Assembly: GCA_963663965.2 (NCBI GenBank)
Contig: CAXXFK010000028.1
Coordinates: 352,001-416,000, forward strand
Reading direction: 5' to 3'
Length of the DNA: 64,000 nucleotides
Source: Sedimentisphaerales bacterium
GTDB taxonomy: Bacteria; Planctomycetota; Phycisphaerae; Sedimentisphaerales; SM23-30
A program made the position numbers and the translations under genes. This document shows positions 20,214-29,460 of this stretch, piece after piece; the first letter of the stretch is position 1; every line of letters starts with the position of its first letter. The notes beneath the pieces are model-generated. The model worked only from the letters and a program-made list of their open reading frames with translations. It was not told the origin of the DNA and made no database searches.

Positions 20214-21953
20214 ATGGCGACAGAGTATAATATGTCAACTCAAGCAATAAAAAAAACGCCCAATGCCGATTTCATGGATGTGCGGGCCACAATGCGCCGC
20301 AACACCGATACGAATTTCGGCGATTATATGGATCAGGCCATCGGGCAGATCGAACCCCAGCCCCGGCGTAATCCGCAACCAAGCGAATCCGTGAACCGTA
20401 ACGAAAAACGGTCGGACACCCCCGAGCCCCAGCCGCCGGACAAGGCCGCGAAATCCGATCAAACCGAAAATGCCAACAGTGATAATACGGTGGATGAAAA
20501 CACGCCCGTTTCCGAAACCGCTCCGGTTGAAACTTCGGAATCCACCGGCGAGCCGGGGGAGGACGCGTCAAATGAAACGACTGCCGAGACGGGTGGGACT
20601 TCCGATGGCGAAAACGTTTCCGATGTGGAATCGGACCAGGCTGAGAATAGCGTGGTCATAATCGTAACGGCGGATCTGGCTGCCCGGACGGATGGGAGGG
20701 AAGACCAGCCGCAACCGGTTCAGCAAACCGCATCCGCCCGGCCGGATGAAGTGCTCGGGATGAATGAAAATTCACAAACCGTGATTCAATCCGATAAAGT
20801 GAATGCCACGCCGGTGATGACGGTCGAAACGAATCCGGCTCAGGCTGCGGTTTCTGATAAACCAGCGCAGACCGGCTCCGATACGACGCGGGCTCAGCGG
20901 GGGGACACCGAGGTCCGGACCACGGCTCAGCATCAGAATCCTCTGGTGGAATCCTCCACGGAGCAGGCCGGCGCCCAACAGCCGCAAACCCAATCAAACA
21001 ACGAAAATCGTACGACCGCAGACAACCTGCTTGAGCCGGTCCAATCCCAGGAGAAAACCGATGTCAGTCAGGAGCCGGCCGAATCGGAGGCTCAAACGGT
21101 GGAGCATAGAATCCCGTCGAAAAAAGAACAGCTCGCCGATAATCGAGAAATCGAAGACCCGCGTATGAGCCTGGCCGATCGGAAAAAACAAATGATTCTG
21201 GATGAGGGCAGAAATCTGCCGGCGAATACCCGGATGGCCAATAGTGAAATGGCCGTTGACCAGACCGTCAAAATCGCTGTGCAGACCGGGCCGGAACGCA
21301 ATATCCAGACTTCCGAAACGGAGGCGGTTGTCAATCCGGGAGTCAAGGCTGACTCGACTGAAACCATCGCCCTGCCTAAAACGCTCGCCGTCGAAAAACC
21401 CGCTGCTGAGGCGGTCGATCTGACCAGAAATGTAGAAGAAATTGTCAAATCGGTTCGTACCATGATAGGCCGCAACCAATCCGTGGTGCAAATGCGGCTG
21501 GATCCGCCTGAACTGGGAGCGCTTCGCATCGAAATTAAAATGGATGCCAACGGTCTCAATCTGCAAATGCAGACCGGCAACGTCCGGACCCAGCAGCTGC
21601 TGCAACAGAATGCCCAGGAGCTTAAAGCGGCCCTCGAAGCCAGTGGGATTCAGACCGGGCAAATCGATATCCAGTTAAAACTCGATCTGAAAAATAGTGA
21701 TACACAGGGGCGTTCTGACAACCCCTCGCAATTTAACCAGCAAAATAACCGGCAGGATGCCAACGGATTCCAGCAGGAATTCCATTCCAGTTATCGCCAG
21801 GATTATAACCTGGCCGGTTTCGATGACGATTTCTGGGAAGAAGATTTCCCCGCGATCGAAACCACTATTCCGGCGGACGTTTCCACCGAAGTCGCCTCTC
21901 GAACGGACCGGTTCCGGGAGTGGCAGTATTCCAGTTTAAATGTAGTGGTATAA
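20214..21953 (+). CDS. fliK: Hook-length control protein FliK
   Basis: Long disordered N-terminus followed by MRLDPPELGALRIEI. Confidence 0.9.
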   Translation: MATEYNMSTQAIKKTPNADFMDVRATMRRNTDTNFGDYMDQAIGQIEPQPRRNPQPSESVNRNEKRSDTPEPQPPDKAAKSDQTENANSDNTVDENTPVSETAPVETSESTGEPGEDASNETTAETGGTSDGENVSDVESDQAENSVVIIVTADLAARTDGREDQPQPVQQTASARPDEVLGMNENSQTVIQSDKVNATPVMTVETNPAQAAVSDKPAQTGSDTTRAQRGDTEVRTTAQHQNPLVESSTEQAGAQQPQTQSNNENRTTADNLLEPVQSQEKTDVSQEPAESEAQTVEHRIPSKKEQLADNREIEDPRMSLADRKKQMILDEGRNLPANTRMANSEMAVDQTVKIAVQTGPERNIQTSETEAVVNPGVKADSTETIALPKTLAVEKPAAEAVDLTRNVEEIVKSVRTMIGRNQSVVQMRLDPPELGALRIEIKMDANGLNLQMQTGNVRTQQLLQQNAQELKAALEASGIQTGQIDIQLKLDLKNSDTQGRSDNPSQFNQQNNRQDANGFQQEFHSSYRQDYNLAGFDDDFWEEDFPAIETTIPADVSTEVASRTDRFREWQYSSLNVVV

Positions 21954-21974
21954 TAGGATAATAAGGAAACATAA

Positions 21975-22787
21975 ATGAGTACAGCGGCAGTAAGTTCCAG
22001 CAGCGCCGTCACGACCTCGAGTACCGGTAAAGAATCCCAGGTGCTCTCCAGTGATGAGTTCCTGCAGCTGATGATTACGGAACTGACCAATCAGGATCCC
22101 ATGGAACCGATGAGCAACCAGGAACTGCTCAATCAGATGGCCACCATCCAGAAGCTGGAGTCGGACCGGATGATGACCAATTCCTTCGAGCAGTTGATGG
22201 ACAAGTTCAACGGCCTGATCGATCGTGAAACCCTCAGCACCGCCACGCGCATGATCGGCGAACTGGTCTCCGGCACCGATGTCAACGGCCAGTATACCAT
22301 GGGGCGCATCATCGCCGTCGGAATGGACAGCGATCAGATCCTCGTCGAACTCGATACCGGACAACAGATCGCCTGGGAAAATGTCTCACGGCTCGGCGGC
22401 AAGAGCCAGCAGGATCTCGTGGGCGAATTTATCATTGGCCGCTCACAGGATGGCGACCGGGTCGCCGGGACCATCGAAGCCGTTGAACTCGAAGAAGAGT
22501 CCGTGATCCTGCATGTTCGCCAGAACAACCTTGACGGCACGCCCGGCGAACTCACCCAGGTTAATTTGCAAAATGCCCGTATCCTGACCAGTGAGACTGC
22601 CGACCTGTTGATTGGACAGAATATTGTCGGCTATGACCAGAGTCAGAGCCAAGCCATCGCCGGAGAAGTCGATAGCGTTCAGTGGTCCGGCGAATCCGTT
22701 CTGCTCAACATTCTCAATAGCAATGGCGAGTCGCTGGGACAGGTTGCTCTGCAAAATATGATTGATATAACGAGTATGACACTCTAA
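21975..22787 (+). CDS. flgD: Hook capping protein FlgD
   Basis: FLQLMITELTNQDPMEPM…QMA. Confidence 0.92.
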   Translation: MSTAAVSSSSAVTTSSTGKESQVLSSDEFLQLMITELTNQDPMEPMSNQELLNQMATIQKLESDRMMTNSFEQLMDKFNGLIDRETLSTATRMIGELVSGTDVNGQYTMGRIIAVGMDSDQILVELDTGQQIAWENVSRLGGKSQQDLVGEFIIGRSQDGDRVAGTIEAVELEEESVILHVRQNNLDGTPGELTQVNLQNARILTSETADLLIGQNIVGYDQSQSQAIAGEVDSVQWSGESVLLNILNSNGESLGQVALQNMIDITSMTL

Positions 22788-22804
22788 AAACCGGAGAAAA
22801 TTAT

Positions 22805-24622
22805 ATGGGACTGACATCGTCATTATTCACCGGCCTGACCGGGATGAAAACCAACGAATTCCGTATGGATGTGATTGGTAATAACATTTCCAATGTGAAT
22901 ACCTATGGCTATAAAGCCTCACGGGCCAGCTTTGCCACTCAGTTTTATCACACCCTGAGTTTTGGCTCGGCGCCCGCCGGGGCCCTGGGCGGCACCAACC
23001 CCGTTCAGATCGGTACCGGTTCCCAGGTAGGGGGGGTGCTCCGCGATTTCAGTGAGGGCGCGCCCGAAACCACCGGGATCAAAACCGATATGGCCGTTCA
23101 GGGCGATGGCATGTTTATTCTGGAACGACCCGATGGCGGTTATACTTATACCCGCGATGGTTCCTTTCAGTTCAACTCGGAAAATTACCTGATCTCCGCC
23201 GATGGCTATTTCCTGCAGGGCTATTCCGTCGATGACAACTTTAATGTCGTCGAAGGCTCCCTTACCCCCTTGCGGATTCCGCTGGGCGAAATCACCACCG
23301 CCGCCACTTCCTCTTATGCCAGCTTTGATGGCAATCTCAATGCCAATGGCGCTGCGGCCGTCGATTGGGATTCAACCAGTGGCGCTTATCAGCTTGCCGG
23401 CAATGGTAATATCCGCACCATCCTTTACAGCCAGGACCTGAATGACGCCGGCGGCAATATCTCAAGTGCGACGTTGCTGACCAATCTGGGCAATGACGCG
23501 ACAGCCGCTGATAACGGCGTCTTTCTCGAAGAGGGCAACATCATCAAGCTCGATTACGCCATCAAGGGGGGCCAGACCCTCTCGCCTCGCACCTTCGAAG
23601 TAACCGCCACCTCCACCCTGGGTGAATTGGTAACCTGGCTCGAAGGGGTGCTCGGTATCAACAGTTCATCTGAATTGATGGATCTCGATAATGATGGTGT
23701 CGAAGATACCTATGATGTCGATAGTGACGGTACCAATGATCCTCCCGGTATTGTTCTCGAGGGGAATAAGATCCGCATAATTGGCAATATTGGTGACCAT
23801 AATGAATTGGTGTTAACAAATAAAGCGATTAAAGTGGAACAGGGCTCGGCTGCCAACGAACCAATTGGCGATATTCTGCCCTTGACTTTCGCGGTTCCCG
23901 ATGGCTTTGTGCAGGACTCCGTCGAAAGCGTTCGCACCTCCTTCCGGGCCTATGATTCCCTCGGTAATCCGATGGATATTCAGATTACCCTGGCCATGCA
24001 GCGCAAAAGCAATAACGGAATCACCTGGCGCTACTTCGCCGAAAGCGCCGCCGATACCGATACCAGCCGCGTTCTGGGAACGGGTACCATTACCTTCGAT
24101 TCCAGCGGCAGCTACCTGGAAGGTTCCGGCCTGACCATCGAAGTGGACCGCGATTATACCGGCGCGACCACCCCCCAGGCTATCGCCCTGGATTTCAGCC
24201 AGATGGATGGCTTCCAGATGAAAACCAGCGCCTTGTCGCTGCTCAGTCAGGATGGCTTCCAGTCCGGTACTCTCCAGGATTATTCCGTGGGGCCCGATGG
24301 TTCGATTACCGGATCGTTCTCCAACGGCCTGACCCGCCTGCTCGGACAGGTCGTCCTGGCCACCTTCCGCAATCCCACCGGCCTGATCGCCGATGCCGGT
24401 AACAACTATATCACCGGCCCTGATTCCGGCGATGCCATCCTTAAAAAACCTCAGGAAATGAGCGCCGGCACCATTAATGCCGCCGCGCTCGAACTGAGTA
24501 ACGTGGACTTGAGCCGGGAATTTATCAATCTGATCATTACCAGTACCGGGTTCTCGGCCTCCTCGCGTGTGATTCAGACCAGCGATCAGCTGCTCACCGA
24601 ATTGATGATGCTGACCAGATAA
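22805..24622 (+). CDS. flgE: Flagellar hook protein FlgE
   Basis: MDVIGNNISNVNTYGYK, YTRDGSF, YDSLG, LELSNVDLSREF. Confidence 0.95.
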   Translation: MGLTSSLFTGLTGMKTNEFRMDVIGNNISNVNTYGYKASRASFATQFYHTLSFGSAPAGALGGTNPVQIGTGSQVGGVLRDFSEGAPETTGIKTDMAVQGDGMFILERPDGGYTYTRDGSFQFNSENYLISADGYFLQGYSVDDNFNVVEGSLTPLRIPLGEITTAATSSYASFDGNLNANGAAAVDWDSTSGAYQLAGNGNIRTILYSQDLNDAGGNISSATLLTNLGNDATAADNGVFLEEGNIIKLDYAIKGGQTLSPRTFEVTATSTLGELVTWLEGVLGINSSSELMDLDNDGVEDTYDVDSDGTNDPPGIVLEGNKIRIIGNIGDHNELVLTNKAIKVEQGSAANEPIGDILPLTFAVPDGFVQDSVESVRTSFRAYDSLGNPMDIQITLAMQRKSNNGITWRYFAESAADTDTSRVLGTGTITFDSSGSYLEGSGLTIEVDRDYTGATTPQAIALDFSQMDGFQMKTSALSLLSQDGFQSGTLQDYSVGPDGSITGSFSNGLTRLLGQVVLATFRNPTGLIADAGNNYITGPDSGDAILKKPQEMSAGTINAAALELSNVDLSREFINLIITSTGFSASSRVIQTSDQLLTELMMLTR

Positions 24623-24634
24623 TTTTAAATCCCC

Positions 24635-24917
24635 GGGCCTCGTGACAGGGGTGTTTATTCTGCTGTCGCGAGGCCATCTTGACAACCTCGGCCCGACCCG
24701 ACCGTCCGGCCTGTTGATAGCTCTTACGGGCCTCGTGACAGGGGTGTTTATTCTGCTGTCGCGGGGCCTGCTGAAAACCCCGCAAGCCTATTCGCTTGCT
24801 GTTATTCTTTACGTTTTTTCCGTTGTTCTCGTTCCGCCCGATAGATGGCATTGAGAACAATTACCAGGAGATTATCGGGCCTCGTGACAAAGGTGTTTAT
24901 TCTGCTGTCGCGAGGCC
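24635..24917 (+). repeat. Three 41-bp palindromic direct repeats
   Basis: GGGCCTCGTGACAGGGGTGTTTATTCTGCTGTCGCGAGGCC-like copies at 24635-24675, 24728-24768 and 24877-24917. Confidence 0.9.
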
Positions 24918-24966
24918 GTCTTTCCTGTCAAAATGTTTTGTGTTTTTCCACCAAGGTGAGACTACT

Positions 24967-25161
24967 GTGATACCCGTGACCCGGCTGAATGGAAAACGTT
25001 TCGTGGTGAATGCCGAACAGATTCGTTTCGTCGAACAGACACCCGATACCCTCTTGACACTGACTGGTGGCGATAAAATCATGGTGCGTGAAACCATGGA
25101 TGAAATTGTGCGGCTGGTCGTGGAGTATCAGCGCCAGATCCGCAACTGGAAAGATCGTTAA
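24967..25161 (+). CDS. flbD: FlbD family flagellar protein
   Basis: GTG start after AAGGTGAG; IPVTRLNG…NAEQIRFVEQTPDT…VRE. Confidence 0.88.
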   Translation: MIPVTRLNGKRFVVNAEQIRFVEQTPDTLLTLTGGDKIMVRETMDEIVRLVVEYQRQIRNWKDR

Positions 25162-25162
25162 T

Positions 25163-25190
25163 CAAATATTCGATCCATTTATGCCGATAA
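25163..25190 (+). promoter_or_regulatory. Candidate sigma28 promoter for motAB-fliL
   Basis: CAAA-N16-GCCGATAA. Confidence 0.6.
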
Positions 25191-25288
25191 TACTGAAATA
25201 CGATGATTTTCCGTTATGTGTCACTCAATTACATTAAATCCAGACAGTGAATTCATAGTTAGGTGAATCGATTGCAGGATAACATTTT

Positions 25289-26056
25289 ATGGATTTAGCA
25301 ACGTTAATAGGCTTGATTCTTGGCTTTGGCCTGGTGGGATTCTCCATCGTTTCCAGCGCCAAGGAAAATACCCCGGTTTTTATCAATATGCCGTCTTTAA
25401 TGATTGTATTGGGTGGCGGGGTGGCTTCGGTCATTATGGCCAATCCCCTTGCCCGTTTTCTCAAAACCGGCAAGTTCTTTTCCAAAGCCCTGATGCACAA
25501 GGAACAGTCGATCCAGAAACTGATCAAGGATCTGGTGGGTTATGCCGAAGTCGCCCGGCGCGATGGCATCCTGTCACTTGAAAGCGCCGCCAAAGATGCC
25601 GATGATCCGTTTATCGTTAAAGGCATTCAGATGGCCGTCGATGGCACCGATCCCGAATTGATCGAACAGATCATGAACAGCGAACTGGAAGCGATCGATG
25701 ATCGCCATTCCCAGGGCAAGGCCATCTTCGATATGCTCGGCAAATACGCGCCCGCCTACGGGATGATTGGTACCCTCGTGGGCCTGGTCGTGATGCTGAT
25801 GAACATGTCCGATCCCTCTGCGATTGGGCCGGCCATGGCCGTGGCGCTCATTACCACGCTTTACGGCTCCATGATTGCCAATATGTTCGCCATGCCCATT
25901 GCTGACAAACTGGCCGCCCGCAACGATGAAGAAATGCTCTTGAAAAGTATCATTATCAAAGGCGTCATGAGTATTCAATCTGGTGACAATCCCCGTATCG
26001 TTGAGCAGAAACTGAAAACTTTCCTGCCTCCCAGCCTGAGAGAAACCGCCGAATAA
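25289..26056 (+). CDS. motA: Stator A subunit (MotA/PomA)
   Basis: ARRDGILSLE, APAYGMIGTLVGL, GPAMAVALITTLYG. Confidence 0.95.
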   Translation: MDLATLIGLILGFGLVGFSIVSSAKENTPVFINMPSLMIVLGGGVASVIMANPLARFLKTGKFFSKALMHKEQSIQKLIKDLVGYAEVARRDGILSLESAAKDADDPFIVKGIQMAVDGTDPELIEQIMNSELEAIDDRHSQGKAIFDMLGKYAPAYGMIGTLVGLVVMLMNMSDPSAIGPAMAVALITTLYGSMIANMFAMPIADKLAARNDEEMLLKSIIIKGVMSIQSGDNPRIVEQKLKTFLPPSLRETAE

Positions 26057-26077
26057 GCTCGGAGTTAATACCCCGTT

Positions 26078-26830
26078 ATGGGTCGCAAGAAAAAAGAAAA
26101 AGCCCCCGAAGGAGCCCCGGAATGGATGGTCACCTATGGTGACATGATGACCCTCCTGTTCTGCTTTTTCGTGATTATTGTCTCCATGAGCGAAATCAAG
26201 GAAGAAGAACGGTTCGACAAAGTGCTTGAATCCATTAAAATGGCCTTCGGCTATAAAGGCGGTGTCGGAAAAACGCCCGCCGAAGTACCCCCCAACAATA
26301 CCTTCGATAAACAGATGCTCCAATTGATCGTCCGAAAATTCCAGTTGCAGGTGGGCAAAAGCGCCGAAGAAGGGATCGAAGGCGAGAATCCCAGCGTCAA
26401 GACCATACGGGATGGTCTGGAATTTACCCTGGGAGGCCGGGTCCATTTCGAACCCGGCAAAGCCCGCCTGCCGGATGCCGCCGTCAAGCAGATTAAGGAA
26501 TTCGCCGAAACCATCAAAGGGCTCAATACCAAAATTCGGGTCAAAGGCCACGCCGCTTCCAAACCTCCGGAAATGTATCAGCCTTTTGCCAGTCTGGATG
26601 ATTTATCCTATGCGCGGGCGATGGAGGTCAAAAAACTCCTGGTCGAATGTGGTATCAGAAAACAGCGTATTACCGTCGAGGCCTGCGGCGATAATGAACC
26701 CCTCGAAACACGCGCCTATGATGAAAATTCCAGGGCCAAAAATCGCCGGGTTTCTATTATTGTTACCGAGGATCTCGTCAAAGATTTTGAAGGCGAATCT
26801 CCAGACTCTGGACGCGAAACTATCTTTTGA
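26078..26830 (+). CDS. motB: Stator B subunit (MotB/PomB)
   Basis: WMVTYGDMMTLLFCFFV plus OmpA-like domain (LSYARA…NRRV). Confidence 0.93.
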   Translation: MGRKKKEKAPEGAPEWMVTYGDMMTLLFCFFVIIVSMSEIKEEERFDKVLESIKMAFGYKGGVGKTPAEVPPNNTFDKQMLQLIVRKFQLQVGKSAEEGIEGENPSVKTIRDGLEFTLGGRVHFEPGKARLPDAAVKQIKEFAETIKGLNTKIRVKGHAASKPPEMYQPFASLDDLSYARAMEVKKLLVECGIRKQRITVEACGDNEPLETRAYDENSRAKNRRVSIIVTEDLVKDFEGESPDSGRETIF

Positions 26831-26962
26831 TTCAAGTTGGTTTGTCTTTTTTCAGATATATTATATGTTTACTGTGTGTTTGTCTTTTTGTTTATTGAAG
26901 CCAAATGATTTGTAACACTATATAATATAACAAGATAGCGAATTGTGCCTCTGGGGTGATCC

Positions 26963-27484
26963 ATGGCTGAACAGAATCCCGATCAAAATATCGATAAGAC
27001 CGATAGCAAAAAAAAGCTTCCTTTAAAAACACTGATGGTCATTGCGGGGGTGGTTTTAATGGAAATAGCCACCATTGGAACGGTATGGTTTATGCGTGGC
27101 GGGCAGCCCAGCCCGGCTCAGGCTTCTAACCCGATTGAACAGACCCAGGCTGCCGCCGCCAAACAGCTTGCCGAAGTAGTCGTGGCTTCCGGATCGTTTG
27201 ATAACCATATTGGGGGCCGGGCCAAGATGATCGTTAATCTTGAAGTGGCTGCCAAGGTCGAACAGGAAAAGCAGGCCGATTTGGAATCGCAGATAAAACT
27301 GCATGGAAAAGAAATTATGAATATGGTGCGCGAAGTCATTTCTTCCGTTCAACCCACCGAATTAAAAGATCCAAAGCTCCAGGTGGTCAAAAGAGAATTG
27401 CTGATCGGACTGGAAGGGATCATCGACAAAGATCTGGTTAGTGAAATTCTGATATCAGAATGGCAAACTTATGTCTCTGAATAA
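26963..27484 (+). CDS. fliL: Basal body-associated protein FliL
   Basis: Single N-terminal TM and FliL-like C-domain; follows motB. Confidence 0.75.
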   Translation: MAEQNPDQNIDKTDSKKKLPLKTLMVIAGVVLMEIATIGTVWFMRGGQPSPAQASNPIEQTQAAAAKQLAEVVVASGSFDNHIGGRAKMIVNLEVAAKVEQEKQADLESQIKLHGKEIMNMVREVISSVQPTELKDPKLQVVKRELLIGLEGIIDKDLVSEILISEWQTYVSE

Positions 27485-27646
27485 ACCCATATTCGGAGAG
27501 AGGTTTGTAGTTGTCGGATATCTCTCAGGATATGTCGCGTGATGGGATAATTATTTGGATGCCATTCTCTGTACGGATTTTCTCGCCTGGAAGGGTTGCA
27601 TATTTTTTAAGGGAAATATTTCTGTTCCGTTTTTCGGTTTTGATAA

Positions 27647-27661
27647 TGGCATGTTGATCGC
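27647..27661 (+). promoter_or_regulatory. Candidate sigma54 promoter upstream of fliN
   Basis: TGGCATGTTGATCGC (GG-N10-GC); -12 element is TCGC rather than TTGC. Confidence 0.45.
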
Positions 27662-27974
27662 TGACAATGCCTGTTGTGATCATATTGGGTTGTACATTTT
27701 TTTTGTTATTCTAATTAGTTTGCGATCGGTTTTCAGTATCCTGTAAACAGAATTTGCCTCCTATATATTGGGGTGTTTGCTGTATGATGTGCAAGATTTA
27801 GAAGGTCGCAAGATTCAAATCAAAATTTATCGGCTAACTGGGAAAGACAACATAAAAAATTCTCAAAAAAGTCCCATAATTAATGGATTTTCCCCTTTCC
27901 ATTTTTTGAAATTGGTGTATGATTAATATATCGTTTGAGAGAGTTAAGTAGTGCTGGTCATTTGACTTAATCGG

Positions 27975-28442
27975 ATGGCTAAAGAAGAAAAAAATATGGA
28001 TAACAACGATGCGGATGGAGCCGCGACTTCTAAGGCAAACGATAACAATGCCGGAGTCGGTGGTATTTCTGATGAAGAAGCAGAAGCGATGGCCAATGCC
28101 GCTTTGGCGGAAGCCGGCCTGAAGGTGCATGAAGCGCCGACTCTGCCCGATTTCACTTCCATGCTGAAAGATGCCGTTTCCGGCAGTATCGAAATGCTCA
28201 ATGATGTCGAAATGAATGTCAAAATTGAGCTGGGCCGCGCCGAAATGGAAGTGGATCAGGTTCTTCGTCTCACCACAGGTTCAGTGATTGAACTGGACAA
28301 ACATGCCGGCGATCCCGTCGACATCCTCGTCAATGAAAAACTCGTCGCTCGTGGTGAGGTTCTGGTGATTAACGACAATTTCTGTGTCCGTATTAATGAA
28401 ATCATCCCAGGGGTAACCGAAAGGTTTGCCGCGCTGGAATAA
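27975..28442 (+). CDS. fliN: Motor switch protein FliN
   Basis: [33 protein letters not shown]. Confidence 0.93.
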   Translation: MAKEEKNMDNNDADGAATSKANDNNAGVGGISDEEAEAMANAALAEAGLKVHEAPTLPDFTSMLKDAVSGSIEMLNDVEMNVKIELGRAEMEVDQVLRLTTGSVIELDKHAGDPVDILVNEKLVARGEVLVINDNFCVRINEIIPGVTERFAALE

Positions 28443-28454
28443 GTTAATTTCGTC

Positions 28455-28541
28455 TCCCGAAAAGCTGTCGCCGGGTTTTTCGGGATTTTTAATTCAAATG
28501 GTTTCTCATCAAAGACCGGTTGATTGGTGTAACCGGTCTTT
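28455..28541 (+). terminator. Two hairpins between fliN and fliO; the first is terminator-like
   Basis: TCCCGAAAA/TTTTCGGGA plus TTTTT (28455-28490); AAAGACCGGTT/AACCGGTCTTT (28511-28541). Confidence 0.5.
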
Positions 28542-28568
28542 AACTAATCTAAGCCGGATTCTTGACCC

Positions 28569-29450
28569 ATGGCTAAATCTGCAATCGCATGGATGATTTT
28601 GTCACTATTGGTGATGACGATCGGGAATCGTCAATCCAGGCTCTTTGCGCAGGAATCACAAGGGTTTTCCTCAAATACGCCGTATATTTCCCCGTCTGAT
28701 CTTTCCGAAACGGATCGGAAGAAGATTATCAAGGTGGCCAATAGCCAGGAAATGGATAACAACGCCCCGGCGATCAAAGAAATGGCTTCCGGCCAGAGCA
28801 AAACCTCGGGGGCAGCCCAGGGGCAGGAACTGCCTGTCGCTCCGTTGTCTGATTCAGAAACGACAGTGACATCGGTTAGTGAATTGGAAAAACAGAAAGT
28901 CGGCGGCCGTGTCGCGCAAAACGAACCGCAGACCGGCGTGCCGGATAATGGCGGTAAAACTTCCGGCAATTTCTTTTTCGTCAAATATCTGGGATCATTT
29001 CTGGTCGTCATTGGTTTGATTATCATGCTGGCCTGGTTCTATTATCGCTTGTCACCGGCGCGTCATCTGACTGCAGGCTCGATTCAGATCTTAACCAGAA
29101 CGCCGGTGAACTCCCGTCAGTCGATCTGTCTGGTCAAGATCGGCTCCCGGCTGCTGGTGGTCGGCCTGAGCGCCGGGCACATGACTACATTGGACACCAT
29201 TGAAGAACCCGATGAAGTGGCTCGCATACTGGGGGGCATTGAGAAAAGCATGCCCCATTCGATTAGCAATATGCACGCCTTTAAAGGTTTGTTCAAGCGG
29301 GAAGCCGGTGAATACGACACTGAAACATCAACCGAAACGATTGTGGATTTTGACGACACGGCGAAACCTCACTGGCAGGATGCCAGGGATGAACTCGCCG
29401 GTCTCTTCAATAAAGTAAAAGGTTTGGCTCGTATCCGTTCGAAATCTTAA
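28569..29450 (+). CDS. fliO: FliO with N-terminal extension
   Basis: TM followed by IQILTRTPVNSRQSICLVKIGSRLLVVG; signal-like N-terminus. Confidence 0.85.
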   Translation: MAKSAIAWMILSLLVMTIGNRQSRLFAQESQGFSSNTPYISPSDLSETDRKKIIKVANSQEMDNNAPAIKEMASGQSKTSGAAQGQELPVAPLSDSETTVTSVSELEKQKVGGRVAQNEPQTGVPDNGGKTSGNFFFVKYLGSFLVVIGLIIMLAWFYYRLSPARHLTAGSIQILTRTPVNSRQSICLVKIGSRLLVVGLSAGHMTTLDTIEEPDEVARILGGIEKSMPHSISNMHAFKGLFKREAGEYDTETSTETIVDFDDTAKPHWQDARDELAGLFNKVKGLARIRSKS

Positions 29451-29460
29451 CCGGCGGAGA

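Noticed and set aside
24635..24917. CRISPR array
   Set aside because: Only three repeats, unequal spacers (52 and 108 nt), and no cas genes in the window.
27715..27770. c-di-GMP-I riboswitch (GGCAAA…CGCAAA on the minus strand)
   Set aside because: Wrong strand for fliN and lacks the GNRA loop and GACGCAAA arrangement; an Infernal search would settle it.
27827..27834. Antisense sigma28 -10 box GCCGATAA
   Set aside because: No convincing -35 element and no gene downstream on that strand.
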